Of a stretch of DNA of 64,000 nt, positions 14,301 to 27,519 are shown one piece after another. Source of the DNA: Eledone cirrhosa (lineage: Eukaryota). The first letter of the stretch is position 1. The number at the start of each line of letters is the position of its first letter. Under the pieces are notes generated by a model that was not told the origin of the DNA, ran no database searches, and worked only from the letters and a program-made list of their open reading frames with translations. Where the stretch lies: the NCBI GenBank assembly GCA_964016885.1, contig OZ024764.1, positions 12,710,001 to 12,774,000 of the forward strand, written 5' to 3'. Both the position numbers and the translations under genes were made by a program.

Positions 14301-15037
14301 GAATTGGTGTGGTAGAGACAGGTACACATGTTGTTAAAGTTTTTTACTCCGTCAATACTCCGATATGCCCATTTCCTGGTTGGGTTTTTATTTCTCAGAG
14401 AAATATATATATATATCACTCTACATGCCTCTGCTTGCCCCGGTCCTTCGTCAACTCGACTGTGAGCTTCAGCAATTTGGGGTCGACTCATATCACAACC
14501 TCAGCCCAGGTCTTGTGCTTGTTTCTTACACATGCACATGTTTGTATAGCAGTTTGTCTGAATGTGTGTGTGTGTGTGTGTGTGTGTCTGTGTGTGTCTG
14601 TGTATGCATGCATGTGTGTCTGTGTGTGTGCGTGTGAATGTGTGTGTGTGTGCTTATATATGTGTGTGTCTGTGCATGCATGCCATCATGTGTGAGTGTA
14701 TGTGTGTGAGCCTGTGTGTGCCTGTATGTGTGCTTACATGTCTATGTGTGAGCATGTGTGTGTGTGTGCGTGTGTGTGCGTGCATGTGTGTGCGTGTGCT
14801 TACATGTCTGTGCGAGTGTGTGTGTGTGTATGTATTCCTGTTTTTACAATAACCAGATCTACCACTGCTCATGTCTTCACACCCACACACCCCACTACCA
14901 GACAAAAGCCCCACCCCCACCCCCCAACCAACCCCACCCCTTCAGGCTGATGTTTGACCTTCCTTGACCCCCAACACAACTTTGGTGAAATTGTTTCCAC
15001 TGTCTTGTATTTTCTATGGCTGCACTAAAAATGGTTT

Positions 15038-16720
15038 GGTGGCAGTTGTGGTGGTTGTGGTGGTGGTTGTGGTGGTTGTGGTGGTAGTGGTGGTAGTGGT
15101 GGTGGTGGTGGTTGTAGTTGTAGTGGTGGTGGTGGTTGTAGTTGTAGTGGTGGTGGTGGTGATTGTGGTGGTGGTGGTGGTGGTGGTAGTGGTGGTTGTG
15201 GTAGTGGTGGTGGTGGTTGTAGTGGTAGTGGTGGTTGTGGTAGTGGTAGTGGTGGTTGTGGTGGCGGTAGTGGTGGTGGTGGTTGTGGTGGTGGTGGTAG
15301 TGGTTGTAGTGGTGGTGGTGGTGGTTGTAGTGGTAGTGGTGGTTGTGGTGGCGGTGGTGGTGGTGGTGTTGGTGGTGGTTGTAGTGGTAGTGGTGGTTGT
15401 GGTAGTGGTGGTGGTGGTGGTAGTGGTGGTGGTAGTGGTGGTTGTGGTAGTGGTGGTGGTGGTGGTAGTGGTGGTGGTAGTGGTGGTAGTGGTGGTGGTG
15501 GTGGTGGTGGTTGTGGTGGTTGTGGTGGTAGTGGTGGTAGTGGTGGTGGTGGTGGTTGTAGTTGTAGTGGTGGTGGTGGTTGTAGTTGTAGTGGTGGTGG
15601 TGGTGGTGGTGATTGTGGTGGTGGTGGTGGTGGTGGTAGTGGTGGTTGTGGTAGTGGTGGTGGTGGTTGTAGTGGTAGTGGTGGTTGTGGTAGTGGTAGT
15701 GGTGGTTGTGGTGGCGGTAGTGGTGGTGGTGGTTGTGGTGGTGGTGGTGGTAGTGGTTGTAGTGGTGGTGGTGGTGGTTGTAGTGGTAGTGGTGGTTGTG
15801 GTGGCGGTGGTGGTGGTGGTGTTGGTGGTGGTTGTAGTGGTGGTGGTGGTGGTAGTGGTGGTAGTGGTGGTGGTGGTGGTGGTGGTTGTAGTGGTAGTGG
15901 TGGTTGTGGTAGTGGTGGTGGTGGTGGTAGTGGTGGTGGTAGTGGTGGTTGTGGTAGTGGTGGTGGTGGTGGTAGTGGTGGTGGTGGTGGTGGTTGTAGT
16001 GGTGGTGGTGGTGGTGGTGGTGGTGGTTGTAGTGGTGGTGACGGTGGTGGTTGTAGTGGTGGTGGTAGTGGTTGTGGTGGTGGTGGTGGTTGTAGTTGTG
16101 GTGGTGGTTGTAGTTGTGGTAGTGGTGGTGGTGGTGGTGGTTGTGGTAGTGGTGGTGGTTGTGGTGGTGGTGGTGGTGGCGGTGGTGGTGGTGGTGGTTG
16201 TAGTGGTGGTGACGGTGGTGGTGGTTGTAGTGGTGGTGGTAGTGGTTGTGGTGGTGGTGGTGGTTGTAGTTGTGTTGGTGGTTGTAGTTGTGGTGGTGGT
16301 GGTGGTGGTTGTGGTAGTGGTGGTTGTGGTAGTGGTGGTTGTGGTAGTGGTGGTGGTTGTAGTGGTGGTGGTGGTGGTGTTAGTGGTGGTGGTGTTAGTG
16401 GTGGTGGTGGTGGCAGTGGTGGTGGTGGCAGTGGTGGTGGTGATTGTAGTGGTGATGGTGGTTGTGGTCGTGGTGATTGTAGTGGTGGTGGTGATTGTAG
16501 TGGTGGTGGTGGTAGTGGTTGTAGTGGTGGTGGTTGTGGTAGTGGTGGTGATTGTAGTGGTGGTGGTGGTAGTGTTGTAGTGTTGTTGTTAATTGTGTTG
16601 TTGATGTTGGTGGTAGTGTTGTTGTTGTTGATGGTGGTAGTGTTGTTGTTGTTGTTGTTGGTGTCGTTGATGGTGGTGATTGTGTTGGTGTTGATGTTGT
16701 TGGTGGTGGTGGTGGTGGTG
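15038..16720. repeat. (GTG/GTA/GTT)n degenerate trinucleotide array
   Basis: The poly-V/poly-P ORFs are artefacts. Confidence 0.95.
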
Positions 16721-16940
16721 CACACACAAAGAAATACAAGCATGGAAAAATACACACACAGAAACCGAGATATCACATTACTCAGCCACACCTTTTCCAG
16801 AGGTATCGCTACGTGGCTAAGGTGTGTACACATCTCAGCTCTGTCAATCTAGTTTCTGTCTCACAACGGAATACATACAGTGGACCCTAGGTTCACAAAC
16901 ATTTCTCATCACAAAACAAACAAATCGGGCCACAAGCACC

Positions 16941-17215
16941 GCATCCTTTAAAACCGAGACACTGCCTCCTTTAAAACCGAGACACTGCATCCTTTAAAAC
17001 CGAGGCACTGCATCCTTTAAAACCCTCATGCTTCCCGAAATTCGCCAAAACTACACCTGATGTCCCCCTTCCATACACATGCACACATGTGTATATCATG
17101 ATTCATGCACTGTTCATTTTCCTGATGTTTGTACATTACCCTATGTACTAAACATGCACTTTTGATGAGTTGTAGTGCACCTGAGCACTGTACACAATAT
17201 TTTCACTATTATTAT
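16941..17215 (+). mobile_element. CR1/L2-type LINE 3' fragment with a 23-bp triplication
   Basis: gacactgcatcctttaaaacc...gatgagttgtagtgcacctgagcactgtacacaat. Confidence 0.7.
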
Positions 17216-17362
17216 AAACAGTTTTTCCGAACATAAAATTTATCGGCTTATAAACAGTGTCTTGAGTAACGAACACACAAGCTGGCAACAAAGGTCTGCA
17301 AAAAGCTGGGAGTATTGGTAGAAAAGCATCAAATGGTCCTATAATCAAGGCATGTGGTTTAA

Positions 17363-17642
17363 CCTTTGAGCATTTACATTACTCTATATATACTATTGTA
17401 TTTTCATGGTAATGGCTTTACCTCACATAATATCTCATATAAAATTTACATTACTCTATATATACTACTGTATTTTCACAGTAAAGGCTTTACCTCAGAT
17501 AATTTCAAATCTATGAGATGTTGATATTATTTATTTTGAGAACATTACCTTAACATCAGTATGAGAGGCTACTTATGGCCAGTTTGAACAAAAAGAGGTG
17601 AGAGAATTCTGGCTGGATATGGCTGGTTTAAATGCTAAAGGG
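17363..17642. mobile_element. piggyBac-like MITE
   Basis: TTAA at 17359-62 and 17643-46; imperfect TIRs cctttgagcattta/taaatgctaaaggg; two internal ~72-bp units. Confidence 0.75.
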
Positions 17643-17831
17643 TTAATGGTGAGAGAGTTAGATTCACATTGATGAGGTTATGAGCTTGATATATATATAT
17701 ATATATACATGCTATATATATATATATATATGCATGGTAAGTAACATATGTTTACATGTATATATATATATCCTTGCTAGCAGGGAATGCAGCCATTAAA
17801 ACGACAATGATGATGATGATATATATACATG

Positions 17832-17898
<67 letters not shown>

Positions 17899-19994
17899 CA
17901 GCAATTAGGCATTTAACACACATATATACACTTACACATACATAATGCAAACACATATGTACACCCACACACAAATACACATATACACACACACACACAC
18001 AAACACATGTATACATGTAAACACAGTTATACTTGCACAACACACATGCATATACACGCATATACATACATACACAACACACATACGTAAATCTATGTAC
18101 ACATACATGCTTATACAACACACACACATACATACACAACACACATACGTAAATCTATGTACACATACATGCTTATACAACACACACACATACATACACA
18201 ACACACATACGTAAATCTATGTACACATACATGCTTATACAACACACACACATACATACACAACACACATACGTAAATCTATGTACACATACATGCTTAT
18301 ACAACACACACACATACGTAAATCTATGTACACATACATGCTTATACAACACACACACACACACACACACACGGAATACACACACAAACATTGTCCAGAT
18401 ATGAGCAAGCAAGCCAGGCAACCTTACAAGATACCCTCAGAATACAAACACACTCACTCACACACAAACACACACATATTAGCACATCACACACAAACAC
18501 ACACATACTAAACTCTCTCTCTACACACACACGGTCCAGATCTGATGAGCAAAAAAGACAGGCCAGCCTTACAAAACACCAACATAACATACACACACAC
18601 TCCACACAAACAGTTGACACACACATCCACACACACTCCACACACATCCACACACAATCCACACCCACACCATCCACACACACATTTTTCACACTCCACA
18701 CAAACAGTTGATACATCCAGACAAATCACATACACACACATCTACACACACACACCACACACAATCCACACACAAACCACACCCACTCCACACACAATCC
18801 ACACACATTTTACACAGTCCACACAAACAGTTGATACATCCACACAAACCACATACACACACATCTCCACACACACACCACACACAATCCACACCTACTC
18901 CACACACATTCCACACACACATTTTACACACTCCACACAAACAGTTGATACATCCACACAAACCACATACACACACATCTAGACACACACACCACACACC
19001 CACTCCACACACACATTTTACACACTCCACACAAACAGTTGATACATTCACACAAACCACATACACACACATCTACACACACACACCACACACAATCCAC
19101 ACACAAACCACATACACACACATCTATACACATCTACACACACACACCACACACAATCTACACACAAACCACATACACACACATCTATACACATCTACAC
19201 ACACACACCACACACAATCTACACACAAACCACATACACACACATCTACACACACCACACACACACCACACACAATCCACACACCCCAGCCAAGTAAAGC
19301 CATACAAATGATCAGCACATAACAATGTTTGACACCAAATCTATGATTGACAATTATAGTGAATTATGGTGGTGGTGGTGGTGGTGGTGTTGTGGTGTAG
19401 TGGTGGTGTAGTGGTGTAGTGGTGAAGTGGTGGTGGTGGTGTAGTGGTGGTGTTGGTGGTGGTGTGGTGGTGGTGGTGGTGGTGATGGTGTTGTAATGGT
19501 GGTGGTGTAGTGGTGGTGGTGTAGTGGTGTTGATGGTGGTGTAGTAGTGATGGTGTTGTAGTGGTGGTGGTGGTGTAGTGGTGTTGATGGTGGTGTAGTA
19601 GTGGTAGTGATGGTGGTGGTGGTGTAGTGGTGTTGATGGTGGTGTAGTAGTGATGGTGGTATGGTGGTGGTGGTGTAGTAGTGGTGGTGGTGGTGGTGTT
19701 GGTGTGGTGGTATATAAGCACATTTGTTTTGAAACAGCAAGCGAGTTTTGCAAACAGAAATAGAAGCTTTCGCTGTATATTTTATTAAAGATGTGAAGGT
19801 ACAATGGTAACAGAGTGGTCTGGACAACCAAAGATGTGAAGGTACAATGGTAACAGAGTGGTCTGGACAACCAAAGATGTGAAGGTACAATGGTAACAGA
19901 GTGGTCTGGACAACCAAAGATATGGGTTCAACTCCCATGTATGTCAGTACTCATCTTTTTCCATTTCTTAGCAGGTTCTAAACACCACTATCAG

Positions 19995-20845
19995 GCCGGT
20001 CCATCGCAAGGTTAAACACCCAACTCTTGCTGTTGGTACTCATTTTCAGCTGAGTATACTGGAGCAATGTGAAATGAAGTGTCTTGCTCAAGGAAATAAC
20101 TCCCAAACCAACCCAGGAATCAAACTCATTACATGATCGTAAGTCCAACACCCTTACCACTAGGCCATACATCAGTCCATCGCAGGGTTAACCCACAGCT
20201 GTTACTGGTACTCATTTTCAGCTGAGTATACTGGAGTAATGTGAAATGAAGTGTCTTGCTTAAGGAAACAACTCCCAAACCAACCCAGGAATCAAACTCA
20301 TGACATGATCGTAAGTCCAACACCCTTACCACTAGGCCATACATCAGTCCATCGCAGGGTTAACCCACAGCTGTTACTGGTACTCATTTTCAGCTGAGTA
20401 TACTGGAGCAATGTGAAATGAAGTGCCTTGCTCAAGAACACAACAGACAACCTAACCCAGGAATCGAACCCACAACATTATGCTCATAAGCCCAATACCC
20501 TTACCACAAGGCGACTTACCGTGAAGCGACTGAGAGTACACAACTCCCCCCTGGACAGGACGCCAGTCCATTGCAGGGTTAAACCCCCAGCTATTGCTGG
20601 TACTTATCCCAATTTCATGGCGTGAAGCGACTGAGAGTGCAAGACTCCCCCCTGGACAGGACGCCAGTCCATTACAGGGTTAAACCCCCAGCTATTACTG
20701 GTACTCATTTTCAGCTGAGTATACTGGAGCAATGTGAAATGAAGTGTCTTGCTCAAGAACACAACACACAACCAAGCCCAAGAATCTAACACACAACATC
20801 ATGATCACAAGTCCAACACCCTTACCACTAGGCTACACATCTCCA
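19995..20845 (-). mobile_element. Tandem cluster of ~4 CORE-like tRNA SINE copies
   Basis: Repeated tggcctagtggtaagg...gagtttgattcc...ccttgagcaagacacttcatttcac; the first two units are ~172 bp apart. Confidence 0.75.
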
Positions 20846-21152
20846 CTCAGCATTATGAGATCAACTTTTATTACATGAGCCCAATTTTGAATATATCTAC
20901 CTCTTCCACGCTGTCTTTCACCTTTTCCTGATGCTGTCAATCTTCATGGGCCTAACATGTCCATACCAGAGCAGTCTTCTCTCATGTACACTGCATCTAA
21001 CCAGTTTCTTGATGTTTCTTCTTTCATGCACAAATGACTTTACATATTCATTGATACACAAATATATATACACACACACACTTATACATACATATATATA
21101 TATATAATATATATTAAAGAAGAAATTAAAAGATGGTTAAAAAAGTTCCATA

Positions 21153-21222
21153 TATTTTATTATGTGCATTTCGAAAACAACATCATCCTGGGACAAAAGT
21201 TGTGTTCTCATCAGATAAAATA
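21153..21222 (-). ncRNA. Type I hammerhead ribozyme, mirror copy
   Basis: Left arm of palindrome 21108-21447; tcatcag at 21208-21214; stem III loop GCAC. Confidence 0.72.
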
Positions 21223-21332
21223 AGGTAACATGATATGAGGCCTAAAAAAAACACTTGTCAACAGGAAAGTGTCCAGTCTACATATGAACTTTCTTGTTCA
21301 CAAGTGATTTTAGGCCTCATACCATGTTACCT

Positions 21333-21402
21333 TATTTTATCTGATGAGAACACAATATTTGTCCCAGGATGATGTTGTTTTCGAAATGGGCATAATAAAA
21401 TA
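21333..21402 (+). ncRNA. Type I hammerhead ribozyme
   Basis: tattttat-CUGAUGA(21341-47)-gaacacaatat...atgttgttttc-GAAA(21383-86)-U GGGC A-UA-ataaaata. Confidence 0.75.
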
Positions 21403-21748
21403 TATGGGACTTTTTTAGCCATCTTTTAATTTCTTCTTTAATATATACTCCAGTTCTACCAACTGTTGAGTGCTACTTATCTGATATATGCATAGTTTTA
21501 TTGTTCTACAATATTACTCACCTCCTACATATATAATATATATATACATCATCATCATCATCATCATCATTTTACGTCCGCTCTTCCCTGCTTGCAAGGG
21601 TGGAACGGGTCTTATTCAGCACAGCATCTTTCCATTGTCTACCTCTACCATATATATATATGTCCGATATATATACATAATATATGTCCCAAGGCTCTTA
21701 TACCATCAATACGATAAACACAGAGCTGGCATATCTAAGAACTGACTA

Positions 21749-21806
21749 ACTGCTTGATGAGGTCATAGCCATTCAATGGCTATCATCGAAATATATATAT
21801 AGCAGT
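21749..21806 (+). ncRNA. Solo type I hammerhead-like motif with C3U core variant
   Basis: actgc-UUGAUGA-ggtcatagccat(tca)atggctatcatc-GAAA-uauauaua-UA-gcagt, followed by AATAAA at 21808. Confidence 0.6.
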
Positions 21807-21847
21807 AAATAAAGGATTATGAGTTCATGCAATTGACTTATGTTTCG

Positions 21848-22830
21848 TCATCATCATCATCATCATCATGAGGTTTAGCGTCCGTGTTCCACGCTTGCAT
21901 GGGTTTGGACGGGGTTTTTCCCACTTGAGGCAAGAGTGGTTGTCTTGCTCGCATAGGACTGTCTGGCGGGTTTTCTACAGTTGGATGCCCTTCCTAACAC
22001 CAACCACATTTACAGTGTGGGGCTGGGAGGTTTTTACCGTGTTGCCTACACGGCCACATTACAGCGTGGACTGTCTGGCGGGTTTTCTACAGCTGGATGC
22101 CCTTCCTAACACCAACCACATTTACAGTGTGGGGCTGGGAGGTTTTTACCGTGTTGCCTACACGGCCACATTACAGCGTGGACTGTCTGGCGGGTTTTCT
22201 ACAGCTGGATGCCCTTCCTAACACCAACCACATTTACAGTGTGGGGCTGGGAGGTTTTTACCGTGTTGCCTACACGGCCACATTTACAGCGTGGACTGTG
22301 TGCTTTTTTGTCGTGACACCTACACGATCTCATTTGTTTCGGCCTGGATGTTGTGGGACCAACATAACTGTACATTGAAAGGGGCGGTGTGGATGGGGTG
22401 GAGGTGGTGGGACGGGGGGGGGGGGGGTTTGATAGAGATGCCTACTGACTGTAGTAGGTTTTTACTTTGTATTTAGGTAAGGCGGGTCTTCTCTATTACT
22501 GAGTACCGCCAAAGGTCTCGGTCCAGTGACATTGTCTTGGAGAGGTGTAAGCGTGTGAGGTCGGAATTTATCAGCTCGTCCCATGTTTTTCTGGGTCTGC
22601 CTACTCCGTGGCTACCGTCTATCTTTATTGCCCTGCACTTTGTTATACAGCTGTCGTCTTTCATGCGCATCACGTGACCGTACCAACGTAGCCTTCTCTC
22701 GAGTAAACAACATCTGATCCCTCTTATTTCTAATTTTTTCCTTAGTTCGTTTATGCTTTGCCGTTCACGTATATTACTATTGCACATCCAGCGGAGCATG
22801 CAAGCTTCGTTCCTCTCTAGTCTGCGTATA
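21848..22830 (-). mobile_element. RTE-clade LINE, 5' truncated (ORF2 C-terminus plus 3' UTR with a ~110 bp triplication)
   Basis: ORF 22473..22799: RRLRWYGHVMRM...GRPRKTW, typical of RTE ORF2. Confidence 0.85.
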
Positions 22831-22835
22831 TTTCG

Positions 22836-22872
<37 letters not shown>

Positions 22873-23677
22873 TATAATTACGGTATGTAAACATTTCTTC
22901 TAAGTTTGAATTTACACCTAATTCTGTATGGTTGATGGTATATTTGGTCAGTTTCTACATGCTGTCGAAATGTTGGATAAATACTCTATTGGGGCCACCG
23001 CGAAGAGGCCACTTTCGGTTATTTGTCGTAGATTTCTTCATAGGAGCCTTTATTCTTATAGCTTGGTCTAATTGATTTTATATGGTTAACTATGCTAATT
23101 GGGAGAGGAAATGGTATATATTTTATCTAATAATTCTAAGGACATGATTTATGATATATATCTATATATATATATATTTATACATGTGTGTGTATATAGG
23201 TATATAGATATATGTACATGCATATATAGATAAATGTATATACACAAATAGATATATATAGATATGTATATGAATGTATAGATACGTGTATGGAGATTTT
23301 GCTTACACTCCTCAAGGGATGACATGCAATATCATCTGCAAAGAGGTGCTATAGTTGTTGGTGCAGCTGTTGGAGGTGTTGGAGCTATGCTGTCTGGAAA
23401 ACTATTTCCTGGTAGGGTCACCCATGGCGGACAGATCTCACACCCAGCGGCATCAGGGCCACCATCTTGCACCTTTGGTCTGCTAAATTCGCTATCGGAA
23501 GATTATTAACCCATCATTGATTGTCCAAAATGCTAATTGGTTCGTAACTTTTAATAACCGGTTCAACTGCTTTATGCACTTAATTGCTAAGCTTATTCGC
23601 TTTCAAGCCACGTTTGCCTGTATGTAACTTGTCATAGCAAATGAACAAACCTGAGCAACGCCGGGCTAAACTGCTAG

Positions 23678-23740
<63 letters not shown>

Positions 23741-23788
23741 CATATATATAACATATAGAGTGGGAAATAGGAAAATATATATATATAT

Positions 23789-23835
<47 letters not shown>

Positions 23836-23900
23836 CATATATATATATATATATATATATAACATATATATATATATATATATATATAACATATATATAT

Positions 23901-23943
<43 letters not shown>

Positions 23944-23976
23944 CATATACATATATATATATAAACATATATATAT

Positions 23977-24009
<33 letters not shown>

Positions 24010-24097
24010 CATATACATATATATAAACATATATATATAACATATATAAACATATATATAACATATACATATACATATTTATATATCTCATCATTTT

Positions 24098-24278
24098 ACA
24101 CACACACACACCTACAACAGCACCACACACACACACACCTACAACAGCACCACACACACACACACCTACAACAGCACCACACACACACACAACACACCTA
24201 CAACAGCACCACACACACACAACACACCTACAACAGCACCACACACACACACACACACACACACACCTACAACAGCAC

Positions 24279-24310
<32 letters not shown>

Positions 24311-26450
24311 CAACAGCACCACACATACACACACACACCTACAACAGCACCACACACACACACACACACCTACAACAGCACCACACACACACACACACAC
24401 ACCTACAACAGCACCACGCACACACACACACCTACAACAGCACCACACACACACACACACCTACAACAGCACCACACACACACACAACACACCTACAACA
24501 GCACCACACACACCTACAACATCACTACAACAGCACCACACACACACAAACACACCTACAACAGCACCACACACACACACACACACCTACAACAGCACCA
24601 CACACACACACACACACCTACAACAGCACCACACACACACACACACACACCTACAACAGCACCACACACACACACACACCTACAACAGCACCACACACAC
24701 ACACACCTACAACAGCACCACACACACAACACACACCTACAACAGCACCACACACACACCTACAACAGCACCACACACACACCTACAACAGCACCACACA
24801 CACCTACAACAGCACCACACACACACACACCTACAACAGCACCACACACACACAAACACACCTACAACAGCACCACACACACACACACACACCTACAACA
24901 GCACCACACACACACACACACACCTACAACAGCACCACACACACCTACAACAGCACCACACACACACACACACACACCTACAACAGCACCACACACACAC
25001 ACACACCTACAACAGCACCACACACACACACACCTACAACAGCACCACACACACACCTACAACAGCACCACACACACACCTACAACAGCACCACACACAC
25101 ACCTACAACAGCACCACACACACCTACAACAGCACCACACACACACACCTACAACAGCACCACACACACAACACACACCTACAACAGCACCACACACACA
25201 CACACCTACAACAGCACCACACACACACACACACCTACAACAGCACCACACACACACACACCTACAACAGCACCACACACACCTACAACAGCACCACACA
25301 CACACACACCTACAACAGCACCACACCACACACACACACACCTACAACAGCACCACACCACACACACCTACAACAGCACCACACACACACACACCTACAA
25401 CAGCACCACACACACACCTACAACAGCACCACACACACACACCTACAACAGCACCACACACACACACACCTACAACAGCACCACACCACACACACAACAC
25501 ACCTACAACAGCACCACACACACACACACCTACAACAGCACCACACACACACCTACAACAGCACCACACACACACACCTACAACAGCACTACACACACAC
25601 CTACAACCACACACACACACACAGACCTACAACAGCACCACACACACACACACCTACAACAGCACCACACACACCTACAACAGCACCACACACACACACA
25701 CCTACAACAGCACCACACCACACACACACACACCTACAACAGCACCACACCACACACACCTACAACAGCACCACACACACACACCTACAACAGCACCACA
25801 CACACACCTACAACAGCACCACACACACACACCTACAACAGCACCACACACACACACACCTACAACAGCACCACACCACACACACAACACACCTACAACA
25901 GCACCACACACACACACACCTACAACAGCACCACACACACACACCTACAACAGCACCACACACACACCTACAACAGCACCACACACACACACCTACAACA
26001 GCACTACACACACACCTACAACCACACACACACACACAGACCTACAACAGCACCACACACACACCTACAACCACACACACACACACACCTACAACAGCAC
26101 CACACACACCTACAACAGCACCACACACACACCTACAACAGCACCACACACACACACACACCTACAACAGCACCACACACACCTACAACAGCACCACACA
26201 CACACCTACAACAGCACCACACACACACACACACACCTACAACAGCACCACACACACCTACAACAGCACCACACACACACCTACAACAGCACCACACACA
26301 CAACACACACCTACAACAGCACCACACACACACACCTACAACAGCACCACACACACACCTACAACAGCACCACACACAACACACACACACCTACAACCAC
26401 ACACACACACACACACCTACAACAGCACCACACACACACACCTACAACAG
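24098..26450. repeat. cctacaacagcac(ca)n minisatellite
   Basis: Constant core with a variable CA spacer. Confidence 0.95.
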
Positions 26451-26726
26451 CCAGCGTCACTATGTGTGGGTGACACCTGTACTAATTAATTACATCCCCT
26501 CGTTTAAGCTAATTTTCTTTACAAATTACCATCAACGACACAGAGGTGTGATGCCTTCAGCTTCTGCTACCCTCCCCCTCCTCCTCCGCCACTCAGCTCC
26601 TCCCTCTGCCTGCAACAACAGCAACAATGCGCTGCACTGTAGCACCATTGACAGTGCACTACTTAATACCTGTGTGTGATATGGTTGTGGTTGTGGTTGT
26701 TGTTGTTCCTACTGCTACAGTGCTAC

Positions 26727-26966
<240 letters not shown>

Positions 26967-27099
26967 TATACCTATATATATGTATACATACATATATATA
27001 GGTATATATATATATATATATATATATACCTATATATATATACATATATACCTATATATATATACATATATACCTATACATATATATATATATATACCT

Positions 27100-27158
<59 letters not shown>

Positions 27159-27258
27159 TATATATATGTGTGTGTGTGTGTATACATATATATGTATATA
27201 TGATAATGTTGATAAGTGATAAAGATAACCATATATATATATACATATGTATATATAA

Positions 27259-27290
<32 letters not shown>

Positions 27291-27365
27291 GTATGTATAG
27301 GTATATATATATACATATGTATATATAAATATATATATATATATGTATATATATATATGTATAGG

Positions 27366-27402
<37 letters not shown>

Positions 27403-27407
27403 GTGTG

Positions 27408-27439
<32 letters not shown>

Positions 27440-27519
27440 CATGCATATATATATATACACATATACATATCATCATCATCATTCATAGCAACAAACAGAG
27501 AGATGCTGCTGTTGCACTC

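Larger units (their letters stand above)
21108..21530. mobile_element. Fold-back hammerhead element 2
   Basis: ~160 bp inverted arms (21108-21270/21288-21447) plus tail tactcc...ctgttgagtgct; (TA)n flanks. Confidence 0.6.

Noticed and set aside
14964-16833. Poly-V and poly-P/Q ORFs (extensin- or mucin-like); likewise 972-3368 and 47947-48934
   Set aside because: Trinucleotide microsatellite translations.
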